Below are positions 9,672-18,427 of a stretch of 53,163 nucleotides of DNA, one piece after another. Source of the stretch: a virus (lineage: Duplodnaviria; Caudoviricetes); IMG/VR virus record IMGVR_UViG_3300048574_000415, positions 1-53,163 of that record; one strand, given 5' to 3'. The notes under the pieces were generated by a model. It ran no database searches. It saw nothing but the letters and a program-made list of their open reading frames with translations, and was not told the DNA's origin. Numbering within the stretch: position 1 is the first letter of the stretch; each line of letters opens with the position of its first letter. The position numbers were made by a program, and so were the translations under genes.

Positions 9672-12185
9672 ATGAATTGTTCAAAATGTGGAAAAGAAAT
9701 TACACCGGGCGATGGCTTTTGCGCATATTGCGGGGCGAAGGCGGACACGGCCGTTGCCTTCTGCATGGCTTGCGGTGAAAAAATAGATTTAGGAGCCGCC
9801 TACTGCCGGAAGTGCGGAAAAGCCGTCCATGGCCTGCCCGCGGGCGTACAACCAATCGGCCCGTCTGCAAAAGGTCCAAAACCCAAGGGCGGCAGGAATA
9901 AAAAGAAGAGCGTCCTCTTTATCTCCATCGCCTGTGTCCTAGCCGCTGGCCTCATCGTTGGCACACTGTTGGTCTTTCTGCCCGTCAGTCCGGCCTCCGG
10001 GCCCGTGACAGGAAGTCTAAAGCTTGGGAAAGAAATGTCTCTCGCCGATGCGCAAATTGGAACGAATGGCGGTACGATCACAATTGACAACCGGGATTCC
10101 GCGCTTAACGGGATGCAGATTATCGTGCCGGGAGGAGCTTACGGCGAAGAGATCGAGTTTGAAATTTCCGGGCAGGAGATCGAATCCCATACCTTCGGTG
10201 GTCTGTTCCATCCCGCCACACCGCTGATTACGGTAAACAACGGCCACGGGTTCGCCGCGGAGCCCATGACGCTAAAGGTGCCGGTCAAGATTGAGGCGGA
10301 TGAGATCGCGGCGGCATTTTACTATGACAAAGACAAGGGTACGCTGGAGGGGATTCCCTGCGTTGCGCAGGATGGTGATTCCATCACGCTTATGACCAGC
10401 CACTTTTCCTGTTTTGTGATCACCAAGGAAAAGATTGAAAAGCTGGACAGCCTGGTGCGGGATAAGCCTCTCGAGACTGGATTCAAGCCCGGTAAGGACG
10501 ATTTTTACGCGCCCAACTACGGGAGCTATGTCCGTCCCGGCGGGCATTGTGCCGGCCAGTCGATCGCCGAAATCCATTACTATAATATGTACGGTCGAAG
10601 CGACCGCCACCTGCGTCAGGAACCTATCGTAGACAACGACCAGTACGATGCGACGAAAGAGTTGTACTGGGATGATTCACTTGGAATCCGGCTTTGCTCT
10701 CTGATGCAGGACTATTATAGCAAGGACTGGTATAAAACCTATGATGATTTGCGCTACGTCAACGAAGACCTCACCTATTACTATTTCTTATATACCATTG
10801 CAATGAGCCACGAGCCGCAGGAAGTCAGTATTAAAACAGCTGATTTCAGCATCGGCCATGCCATGGTTGTTTATAAAATATCCCGGAATGCCATCTGGTT
10901 TGCGGACCCCAATTATCCCGGCGATACTGACAGAAAGATAGCGGTTACCCACTGGTTGAACCCGGAGAAGGACAGGGAGACTGCCGAGCTTGGCGTATAC
11001 GAAACGAAACCCCGGGCGGACGGTACAATAGAAAAGTTTACGTGGGTGGGCTATTACGGCATTTATTCACTTGTTAATTATGATGTAGTGAACAGCGCTT
11101 GGAAGTCTTTGCTGGCGGGCCAGGATCCCGCCGCCTCAATTTTCCCGCCTCATAACACCTATAAAGCATACACGAACACCGACGACCAAGGCGTTCCGAT
11201 CGCGGTTCAGCTTGATTCAAATACGCCGCTCCATGTCAACCGGCAGGAGCTGGCGAAGGTCAACCCAAGCCTTAACCCGAACGGAGATATACTGTTCATA
11301 CAGCGAGGGAATCAAACAGATTACGGGGAATGGGATTTTTATCTTGGTGATCAGAAAACAACGCCGATCGAATACGCCAATCAGCCTGGTAATATTTGGT
11401 ACAGTATACGACTGAAGCCGGGCGTAAATGACCTCGGAATCCTGTATTTTCGGTACAATTACAATACAAAGAATAGTGAGTTTGATAATTTTCAGAGGTT
11501 TACCGTGATTTTGGACGAAGATGAGGAGGTGTCTACATCTACCGAGACACCCGCTCCAACCGAAGCGGCTGCGGCGGATTTCACGGGCAGCTGGCAGCTT
11601 TATACGAATAAGCTTTTAAAGGTTCAGGGCAACGAGGTTACAATGAACTATATTAATGATTTGTTTAATAAATACGGTAACGACGTCGTTATGGGTTCCA
11701 ATATCAAATATAAAAGTTTGGAGGAATACATCAGCATCAACAGTAAAGATTATGTACGTGGATTAATTGAATTTGAGAAAAAGCATCTGATCATAACTAA
11801 AAACGCTGACGGAAAATATACCGTGGAAATAAGCGGATATCAGCTTAGAACCCAAGGCGATAAGCAGACAAAAGTGCCATATAAGGAAGTGTACGGCCAG
11901 GTGGAGGTCTCGGAAAATAAAATCATTTTCCAAAAACCCGAAGACGCTGTAGAATATATGGGCAGAGACGCGTTTGAACTGTCGCTTGACGGTAATACGC
12001 TCTCCGGATTTATGTATGTGCCTTTTTATCATCCATATGCAAATCGTGATGATGTTCTTAAAACAGCGGATGAAAATTCTACTCTACCCGGAATGCCCAA
12101 TGTTGAAACGGCGTCTTTCGGCGTTCCGGAAGGCTACAACCCGGAGAGGGTCTGGAGCTTCGAAGCAGTGCGGGTACAGCAATAA
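9672..12185 (+). CDS. Double zinc-ribbon membrane protein with a large extracellular region
   Basis: CxxC x4 at the N-terminus, one TM helix, then ~730 aa predicted to be extracellular. Confidence 0.8.
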   Translation: MNCSKCGKEITPGDGFCAYCGAKADTAVAFCMACGEKIDLGAAYCRKCGKAVHGLPAGVQPIGPSAKGPKPKGGRNKKKSVLFISIACVLAAGLIVGTLLVFLPVSPASGPVTGSLKLGKEMSLADAQIGTNGGTITIDNRDSALNGMQIIVPGGAYGEEIEFEISGQEIESHTFGGLFHPATPLITVNNGHGFAAEPMTLKVPVKIEADEIAAAFYYDKDKGTLEGIPCVAQDGDSITLMTSHFSCFVITKEKIEKLDSLVRDKPLETGFKPGKDDFYAPNYGSYVRPGGHCAGQSIAEIHYYNMYGRSDRHLRQEPIVDNDQYDATKELYWDDSLGIRLCSLMQDYYSKDWYKTYDDLRYVNEDLTYYYFLYTIAMSHEPQEVSIKTADFSIGHAMVVYKISRNAIWFADPNYPGDTDRKIAVTHWLNPEKDRETAELGVYETKPRADGTIEKFTWVGYYGIYSLVNYDVVNSAWKSLLAGQDPAASIFPPHNTYKAYTNTDDQGVPIAVQLDSNTPLHVNRQELAKVNPSLNPNGDILFIQRGNQTDYGEWDFYLGDQKTTPIEYANQPGNIWYSIRLKPGVNDLGILYFRYNYNTKNSEFDNFQRFTVILDEDEEVSTSTETPAPTEAAAADFTGSWQLYTNKLLKVQGNEVTMNYINDLFNKYGNDVVMGSNIKYKSLEEYISINSKDYVRGLIEFEKKHLIITKNADGKYTVEISGYQLRTQGDKQTKVPYKEVYGQVEVSENKIIFQKPEDAVEYMGRDAFELSLDGNTLSGFMYVPFYHPYANRDDVLKTADENSTLPGMPNVETASFGVPEGYNPERVWSFEAVRVQQ

Positions 12186-12260
12186 AACATATGTGGCACA
12201 TTGAAAGAATTCAAAATATATGTGCGTATCCAAAACAAAAACAGTTTAAGGAGGAATCTC

Positions 12261-12827
12261 ATGAAACATCAAATTCTGTCTGAAATTAGGGAAAAGCTAT
12301 CGGCGCTGGGTGTTCCGGTTCAATACGGAAACGGAGCCGATATCACAATTAATACTGAATTTCTCGATGCGCGATGGAGCACGGGAAGCAAAAAAACAAG
12401 CTACGAAGCGTCGGCCTTTGCGGACGAACGTGAGCGTGTACTCTATATGTACGAGAAAACAACGGAGACAGGACAGGGGCTGTCCTTTGGCATGAGCGGC
12501 GAAACGTCGTTCCAAAGCGGCATCACGCTTTATCGCAAGGTGAAAAGCGTCCAGTACGGTCCCGATGGCAAGGCGTATGAATATTCCCTTGATCTGGGCG
12601 CCATTTCCAAGACAGTCAAGGAAGCCGCGAAACGTAACGGATGGAAGTTTAAAACAGTGCTGAGTAAAAGCAAAGCCATGTATCCGGCCGGATATGCGCC
12701 TGAGACTGTACAGCAGCCCTTGCAAAGGCCGAATACCGTAGACGTTTTTTGTACAAAGTGCGGCGCGCAACTTATGGAGGGTGCACAGTTTTGCAGCAAA
12801 TGCGGAAAACAGACAGGTATTCAGTAA
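12261..12827 (+). CDS. Zinc-ribbon domain protein (C-terminal CTKCG...CSKCG)
   Basis: AAGGAGG RBS; zinc ribbon motif. Confidence 0.8.
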   Translation: MKHQILSEIREKLSALGVPVQYGNGADITINTEFLDARWSTGSKKTSYEASAFADERERVLYMYEKTTETGQGLSFGMSGETSFQSGITLYRKVKSVQYGPDGKAYEYSLDLGAISKTVKEAAKRNGWKFKTVLSKSKAMYPAGYAPETVQQPLQRPNTVDVFCTKCGAQLMEGAQFCSKCGKQTGIQ

Positions 12828-13019
12828 TAGCTCGTTATCCGCTGACATCTGTAAGAAAGAAGGGTTGTCAAACAGCAGGAGGGTTGTCCTGACCCTGTGC
12901 ATGCATATGATGGAAAAAAGATTGAATCCGCTTGTGTTAATAGATAAAAAGAGGCAATTAATCCTCTTTGAATCTTTTTTGCTTTTATCCGCATATGATC
13001 TCGCAAAGTACGATTTCCT

Positions 13020-13248
13020 CTGGTCACGCAATTTCAATTCTTCGGTAATGCTCTGCTTCTGGGCGATCTGTTGTGTCAGTTCCCATATGCGCTCTTTAAC
13101 ACGGCCATCGACTTCAGCAAGGTATTCATCCAGACCAGCCGAGAAAAGGAGCTGTGTGTAAAGCTCCTGCCGTTCGCGCTTGATAAATTCAAGCCGCATT
13201 CCTGCAGTATCTACCAATCCCCAGTGTGTTGCAATGATAATCTTTCAT
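13020..13248 (-). pseudogene. tnpV: TnpV-family protein, frameshifted and 3'-truncated
   Basis: AGGAGG-ATG MKDYHCNTLGIGRYCR, one extra base, then MRLEFIKRERQELYTQLLFSAGLDEYLAEVD...ITEELKLRDQ; similarity ends there. Confidence 0.75.
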
Positions 13249-13296
13249 TTTGGGCACCTCCTATACTTCTTATAAAAGGTGCCGAAATAAATAACA

Positions 13297-13334
13297 AATC
13301 CGAACCCTTCCCCGATTAGGAAAAAGTTCGGATT
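13297..13334. repeat. Inverted repeat AATCCGAAC...GTTCGGATT at the IME end
   Basis: 9-bp arms immediately downstream (minus strand) of the tRNA CCA end. Confidence 0.7.
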
Positions 13335-13342
13335 ATCATGGT

Positions 13343-13391
13343 TTGGTCTGGGTGAGAAGATTTGAACTTCCGGCCTCTTGAACCCCATTCA
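13343..13391 (-). repeat. att core copy 1: 3' half of tRNA-Pro(GGG)
   Basis: TGAATGGGGTTCAAGAGGCCGGAAGTTCAAATCTTCTCACCCAGACCAA, identical to 50350-50398; no tRNA 5' half adjacent. Confidence 0.95.
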
Positions 13392-13430
13392 AACGCACAG
13401 CGCCTATTTAAGCCATAAACTGGGGATAGT

Positions 13431-13448
13431 GATACTTGTGTGATACTT
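13431..13448 (+). other. Putative integrase arm-type sites (GATACTT x2, 11-bp period)
   Basis: The same motif and spacing recur at 50244-50261 near the other att. Confidence 0.65.
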
Positions 13449-14526
13449 ATTGCAGCTGGTCAATAGCACTTTTAAGATCATCAAGCTGTTTATGAATATA
13501 GACTTTTTTCGTCATTTTATAATCCGTATGGCCCATGATTAACTCTTTTACTTTATCTGTAGCGTTTACTTTATCTAGCATCGAAGCGAATGTATGCCTG
13601 GTGGAATGCGGGGTAAGCTTACGGGCTTTATGATCTATGCCAAGATCACTGATGCATTCTTTAAAGCTGTCTCTAAAATATGTTTCCGAATATTTTGTAC
13701 CGTCATCCTTGCAAAATATGACCTGCCCTTTTTTTGAAAGCCACTTTTCTATTATCGGCTTTATTTTCTTATGCACAGGAACGACGCGATCATATCCGGC
13801 CTCGGTCTTAATGCCTCCGGTCAAAGTGCCAGCTGCAGCGTCATAGGAAAATGGGGTAAGTGTGATAAATTCTGTCAGGCGAAACCCGGTATAAATCATC
13901 ACCATAATAAATTCTGCAAACCGGTTCCCATCTGCCGCGGCGTTTTCGATTGCCTTTATTTCCAGATCGGTAAAAGGGTTACGCTTCACGCGCTCTTTCT
14001 GTACAGTAAAAACAAGGTGCTTTGCGTAATTCTGCCGCACAATATCATTTTGCAACGCGTAATCAAAAAGCTGTATAAAAAGCGCCTTAATCTTTTCGGT
14101 GGTCGATCTGCTTTTTTTAGAATCCGCATCATCAATAATCTTTTGCATAATATTTGTGCGGATATCCCTGACTTCCATGTCTTTGATAGCATCCATGTAC
14201 TTCCAGGCGGCGCGGTAGTTGTTTTCGGTATCAATGGAAATCACGCGCTGGATAACGCCGTCTTTTTCTATCTCTTTATATTTATTCTTGCTCCATTCCA
14301 TATAAAGCGCATCCAGTGTGATACCGGCATTCGGGACAGGATTATCATAATAATCTGAAAGCGCTTTAATAGCGGACGGCTTATCTGCATACCAACCGAT
14401 GAATTTATAAATCTGCTTTTTATATTCATCCCAGCCGACAGTAACGCGAGCCGCCCATGGTTTGCGCCGTTTGCCCTTTAATTTGTAAACAGATCCATAG
14501 CCATTTGGATTCCTGATTTTAAACAC
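13447..14526 (-). CDS. int: Tyrosine integrase
   Basis: RNPNGYGSVYKL N-terminus, TGFR, K, HSTRH, MGH, Y catalytic residues. Start is likely GTG 14526 or ATC 14517 rather than 14628. Confidence 0.95.
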   Translation of the reverse strand: MFKIRNPNGYGSVYKLKGKRRKPWAARVTVGWDEYKKQIYKFIGWYADKPSAIKALSDYYDNPVPNAGITLDALYMEWSKNKYKEIEKDGVIQRVISIDTENNYRAAWKYMDAIKDMEVRDIRTNIMQKIIDDADSKKSRSTTEKIKALFIQLFDYALQNDIVRQNYAKHLVFTVQKERVKRNPFTDLEIKAIENAAADGNRFAEFIMVMIYTGFRLTEFITLTPFSYDAAAGTLTGGIKTEAGYDRVVPVHKKIKPIIEKWLSKKGQVIFCKDDGTKYSETYFRDSFKECISDLGIDHKARKLTPHSTRHTFASMLDKVNATDKVKELIMGHTDYKMTKKVYIHKQLDDLKSAIDQLQ

Positions 14527-14629
14527 ATCACTTTCTTTTATTAGCTGCTTATTCTTTTTCGGTTGACCATCTACAATTACTCGGTTTTTACCGCGCTTAC
14601 CAGAAAAATGTTTTGCAGGTAATAACAAT

Positions 14630-15244
14630 TCAACAAAACAGCAAAATTAAGTTGCACCCTAAGTTTGTATCTTTTGAACCAGTTATGTTTCTAACTGCAA
14701 CATGCCATATTTTATTAGCCAAAACCGCATCATATAAGTCTGCTACAAATTCTTTATTGATGTGCCCCAACATACCACTATAGTGATGAACTTCAATGCA
14801 CGGCTCATTTTTATATGTTGTTGCTTCGAGATCTAGGCTGTCACCTTCTTTTAATTTTGCTATAATTTCCTGCCTAGAAGAACCGTCATCGTTATTGTAG
14901 GTGCTGCCCACGACTTTTGTATGGACATATTTAAACAGAGATTGACCGTTTTCTATTTCTTGAAACAATTCTTCAATAGTTTCGTCAACAGAATTGATTA
15001 TACCGGTAGTTAAAGGCAAATCTAAGTCGTTTTCACTAATGTGATTATTAATTGAATTGCATATCAATTTAATGTGTTCGCATGCAATTAATTTTGAAAC
15101 ATGGTTATCGCTTGTTTCAATTGTTCTTCTCTTTGAACTAATTTCATCAAACAGCTTTTGGCATTCGGCAATAGCAGTCAACTTAGGATCAGAAACAGTT
15201 TGTTGGATGTGTTCACTTGATTTCTTTTTGCTAAATAACCCCAT
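14630..15244 (-). CDS. HIRAN-domain protein
   Basis: C-terminal TKVVGSTYNNDDGSSRQEIIAKLKEGD...LGHI pattern; AT-rich. Confidence 0.7.
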   Translation of the reverse strand: MGLFSKKKSSEHIQQTVSDPKLTAIAECQKLFDEISSKRRTIETSDNHVSKLIACEHIKLICNSINNHISENDLDLPLTTGIINSVDETIEELFQEIENGQSLFKYVHTKVVGSTYNNDDGSSRQEIIAKLKEGDSLDLEATTYKNEPCIEVHHYSGMLGHINKEFVADLYDAVLANKIWHVAVRNITGSKDTNLGCNLILLFC

Positions 15245-15384
15245 AATAACATCTTCTTTCGTATATATTATTTTTAAACCGCCTTAGCGAATTAAAATGT
15301 AAACAACTTAAGAATTCTATTAGAGTCCAAACAATTAAAAATGTTACGATAAATATAAATATGCTAAATAATATCATAAATATA

Positions 15385-15398
15385 CGAACGAATTTTCG
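15385..15398 (+). promoter_or_regulatory. LexA (SOS/Cheo) box-like site
   Basis: CGAAC-GAAT-TTTCG, one mismatch to CGAAC-N4-GTTCG, within the palindrome TATACGAA-N6-TTCGTATA. Confidence 0.5.
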
Positions 15399-15473
15399 TA
15401 TAGTCCAATAATACGACCATACAAATTTTTATAATTGAATTGTTTCCACTAATGACAAAGGGGGGAACCTTCA

Positions 15474-15593
15474 ATGAAAACAATTCAAACCATCATCACA
15501 TTTAAGAGCGGCAGAAAACATCAATTGCAATTGCAAATAAAACCCATTAAACGACTAACGATCCGACTTTTTAATTTTTTTCACCATTCGTAA
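15474..15593 (+). CDS. Small 39-aa ORF convergent with the repressor
   Basis: AAGGGGGG RBS, MKTIQTIITFKSGRKHQLQLQIK... Confidence 0.45.
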   Translation: MKTIQTIITFKSGRKHQLQLQIKPIKRLTIRLFNFFHHS

Positions 15594-15926
15594 TAATTCC
15601 CTGAAATCAGCCGCCGTGAGACCTTCCGCGACGGCTTCTTTCGCTATCTCTATCATTTCCACATCCAGCTTTTCCAGCTGCTTTTTATACTTTACGGGAA
15701 TATCTTCACCATCAAGCACGACCATGTTAGGGTTATCCGTGCGCCCAAGAAGATAATCCGTTGACACTTTAAAATAATCAGCAATATCGTTCAGCTTATC
15801 AGACGCCGGAGTTCTTTCTTTCCACCGCCTTATAACACCATTGCCTAAACCAACTCTTCTTTCGAGTTCGGCAACGGTTATTTTATTTTCTATACATAAT
15901 TCTTCAATTCGTTCAACGGTAACCAT
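15555..15926 (-). CDS. Phage repressor (XRE HTH, no S24 peptidase domain)
   Basis: HTH with VSTDYLLGRTD; divergent from a cro-like gene. Confidence 0.9.
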   Translation of the reverse strand: MVTVERIEELCIENKITVAELERRVGLGNGVIRRWKERTPASDKLNDIADYFKVSTDYLLGRTDNPNMVVLDGEDIPVKYKKQLEKLDVEMIEIAKEAVAEGLTAADFRELLRMVKKIKKSDR

Positions 15927-15944
15927 AAAAATAATTCCCTACAT

Positions 15945-15987
15945 TCGTCAAAAAACTATTGACAATTAGTCAAATGACTATTATATT
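15945..15987 (+). promoter_or_regulatory. Lytic promoter with operators
   Basis: TTGACA (15959)-17 bp-TATATT (15982). Palindrome TAGTCA-AA-TGACTA at 15967-15980 in the spacer; degenerate copy at 15945-15958. Confidence 0.75.
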
Positions 15988-16082
15988 AAATACATGCACA
16001 GCAGGTAATATCACAACTGGTACATATACATACATATCCAAATAATAGCACAAATAAATAATTGAAACAAGGAGAACATTCA

Positions 16083-16277
16083 ATGTCTGGAAAAAGGCTA
16101 TGGTTTGCAGAAGCAAGGATCAAAAAGGAATATACGCAGGAATCCCTTGCACAGGCAGCCGGGGTAACGTTGGGCGCAATTGCAAAAATTGAAGCGGGGA
16201 AGCTTAACCCAGGCCGCGAGCTTATGTTTAAACTTTCTGAAAAGCTTGATATTGATATAAAACTTTTTCAAGAATAA
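16083..16277 (+). CDS. Cro-like XRE HTH protein
   Basis: YTQESLAQAAGVTLGAIAKIEAG; first gene of the rightward operon. Confidence 0.85.
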   Translation: MSGKRLWFAEARIKKEYTQESLAQAAGVTLGAIAKIEAGKLNPGRELMFKLSEKLDIDIKLFQE

Positions 16278-16333
16278 CACCACCCTTAATTTTTTTTACA
16301 CTTTTATTTTACCAATATATAGGAGGCAGTACC

Positions 16334-16801
16334 ATGATGGAGATAAGCGAATTAATCCAGCAAAGCCGCAAAAAAGCGGGATTATCTCAAGAACAAGCGT
16401 CGCAATTGCACCCGTTTGATTTGCGCACGCTGCAGGCCTATGAGGGCGGTGAGCGCAAGGTGCCAGCGGATGTAATTCCGATACTGGCGCGGGCCTATAA
16501 CGATAAGGCGCTGCTTTTCAAATGCCTTTGCGAAAACCCCATATGGAAGGCGTGTCTGCCAAGCTTCACCGAGCGGGATCTCTCGGATTCCGCGATCAAC
16601 CTGCTGGATGAAAAGGCAGCTTTGAATGATATGGATAGAAAGATTATCCGTATTGTAAAAAACAAAAAGATAGACGATGAAGAGCGCCCGGAATGGCGTG
16701 AGACAAAAAAGATACAGCTCATGCTGATGGCGGCGCTGATAGAAAGCGTTTCGGCTGATAACGAATTCGATGATGAAATCTTAAAGGAGATAGAACAATG
16801 A
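16334..16801 (+). CDS. XRE HTH phage regulatory protein
   Basis: N-terminal HTH (RKKAGLSQEQA...YEGG) plus a helical C-terminus. Confidence 0.8.
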   Translation: MMEISELIQQSRKKAGLSQEQASQLHPFDLRTLQAYEGGERKVPADVIPILARAYNDKALLFKCLCENPIWKACLPSFTERDLSDSAINLLDEKAALNDMDRKIIRIVKNKKIDDEERPEWRETKKIQLMLMAALIESVSADNEFDDEILKEIEQ

Positions 16802-17076
16802 GCAAACTGGCAGTACGTTCCTGTGAAGAGATAGAAGCGGAGATTATGAAATACCGCAACGTGCCGGTGAAGCTGGCTGCGGAATACCTGGGCATGTGCG
16901 AGATGGAAGTAAGGCTGCGCATTCAGGATGAAAAAAACGGCGGCTTGCCAATAGGCTCAGCGTTTAAGCGTCCGGGGAAAAAGATTTTCCATTACCACAT
17001 ATCACCATACAGATTAATCAATCATCAAGGGCGCGGCAATCCGCAAAAAGAAGAATACATGCTGGGGCTGGCATGA
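16798..17076 (+). CDS. Putative excisionase / DNA-binding protein
   Basis: NVPVKLAAEYLG...LPIG...YHISP motif typical of small winged-helix phage proteins. Confidence 0.6.
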   Translation: MSKLAVRSCEEIEAEIMKYRNVPVKLAAEYLGMCEMEVRLRIQDEKNGGLPIGSAFKRPGKKIFHYHISPYRLINHQGRGNPQKEEYMLGLA

Positions 17077-17285
17077 AAGTTTACATGAAGATTACCAAGG
17101 ATGAATTGGGGCTGCCGGTGGCGGTGGCAAATAATGTGCCGGAGCTGGCGCGGCTTTGCAAGGTGCATCCAGACACGATCCATTCATTGCTTTATAAGTA
17201 TCGGACGCGACAACCGAAGATGCCGACTTATATCGAGGTTGACATCGGGGAAGATGATGAAAACGAGGTGCGAATAAATGCTTAA
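17073..17285 (+). CDS. Small phage DNA-binding-like hypothetical protein
   Basis: LPVAVA...ELARLCKV HTH-like; ATGA-coupled. Confidence 0.65.
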   Translation: MKVYMKITKDELGLPVAVANNVPELARLCKVHPDTIHSLLYKYRTRQPKMPTYIEVDIGEDDENEVRINA

Positions 17286-17784
17286 ACTGGCATTTTCATA
17301 TAAAGATAAACTAAATCAAGTATGGCAATCAGTCATATTTAAGGAAAAATATCAATTCTACAATTGCGGTAACTCGTGGAATTATAAAATTGAACTCGAC
17401 GAAAGCTCGTGGGAAAAGCTCCAAATGGTAAGCGTTGATGCGCAAGACAATGTCATAGGTTATCTTTCTGCTAATATAGACAGATTTACATATAAAATCT
17501 CAAACATTAGCGCGATCAATTTTGGAGAAGTAAACATCACTTTTTCAAAGGATTTTTATCAGTTTCTTTCGGAACTATTTACAAAGTATAAGTTTCGCAA
17601 GATTGAATGGTTCGTAACCGTAGGAAATCCAGCGGAAAAATTATATGACAGAATCATTGAGAAGTATGGCGGGAGAGTTATAGGAATTAGGCATGCATCG
17701 GCAATAACGACTGACGGTATTCTTCGAGATGAAAAAGAATATGAGATTTTCAAAAGCGATTATGATTTAGCACAAAAGCTTTAG
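17278..17784 (+). CDS. GNAT (RimJ/RimL-like) fold protein
   Basis: VIGY...KIEWFVTVGNPAEKLY...GG..IG pattern; AT-rich. Confidence 0.55.
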   Translation: MLKLAFSYKDKLNQVWQSVIFKEKYQFYNCGNSWNYKIELDESSWEKLQMVSVDAQDNVIGYLSANIDRFTYKISNISAINFGEVNITFSKDFYQFLSELFTKYKFRKIEWFVTVGNPAEKLYDRIIEKYGGRVIGIRHASAITTDGILRDEKEYEIFKSDYDLAQKL

Positions 17785-17845
17785 GCGAAAGCCTATGAAA
17801 TACAAAAGAGCGGCAGGCCAGGGGGCCGTTGCTAAAAGGAGGTCT

Positions 17846-18415
17846 ATGAAAAAAACAATTTCAAGCATCATCATTGTATTGCTTATCATCACCATATGTA
17901 TGCCGACTGCCTTTGCAAAGGTGGAAAAAACGCCGGACGGGAAAACCAAATACACCTTTACCGTAGCGGAGATCAATGAAATGATCCGCGTGGTCTATGC
18001 CGAAGCGCGAAACCAGCCGTTTTATGGCAAGGTAGGCGTGGCGCAGACCATTACAAACCGCTATAAGAACAACAAAGGGAAATACAGCATTCACTATTTG
18101 ACGCGCAGATCCCAATACGCCAAGGCCGGGAAGTGGATACTGACTTCAAAGCGTAAAGGCGTGATCGCATCGGTGAAAGAATGCCGCAAGGCGGTAATGT
18201 ACGCCATCAATAACCAGGTGTTCCCGACAAACTGCACGATGTTCCAGCGGGCAAACCGTAAGTATTGGGGGCATAGCAAGAACAAACCGCGGTATTGCAG
18301 AATCGGCGCCCACACCTTTTACACCGTGGGCAAGGCCAAAGAACCGCCGAACGCGTTATACATTGATACAGATGGCAAGCTGAAGGTCCATTCCGGCAAG
18401 ATTATCAAAAAGTAG
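17846..18415 (+). CDS. SleB/CwlJ-like cell wall hydrolase with signal peptide
   Basis: VVYAEARNQPFYGKVGVAQTITNR and RIGAHTFY; signal peptide ending AFA; AGGAGG RBS. Confidence 0.85.
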   Translation: MKKTISSIIIVLLIITICMPTAFAKVEKTPDGKTKYTFTVAEINEMIRVVYAEARNQPFYGKVGVAQTITNRYKNNKGKYSIHYLTRRSQYAKAGKWILTSKRKGVIASVKECRKAVMYAINNQVFPTNCTMFQRANRKYWGHSKNKPRYCRIGAHTFYTVGKAKEPPNALYIDTDGKLKVHSGKIIKK

Positions 18416-18427
18416 GGAGATAAGCGT

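Larger units (their letters stand above)
4..13349 (-). mobile_element. Integrative mobilizable element (Tn4451-like: serine recombinase, MobV, tnpV), ~13.3 kb
   Basis: Serine recombinase at one end and tnpV remnant at the other, with oriT and MobV inside. Bounded by direct repeat TGGTCT (AGACCA on minus strand) at 4-9 and 13344-13349, the latter being the tRNA CCA end. Confidence 0.8.

Noticed and set aside
12297-13217. 306-aa minus-strand ORF
   Set aside because: Only the first ~65 aa are the tnpV remnant; the rest is antisense read-through over a real + strand gene.
13343-13391. Functional tRNA-Pro gene at either 49-bp repeat
   Set aside because: Neither copy has a D-arm or 5' acceptor strand next to it; both are att fragments.
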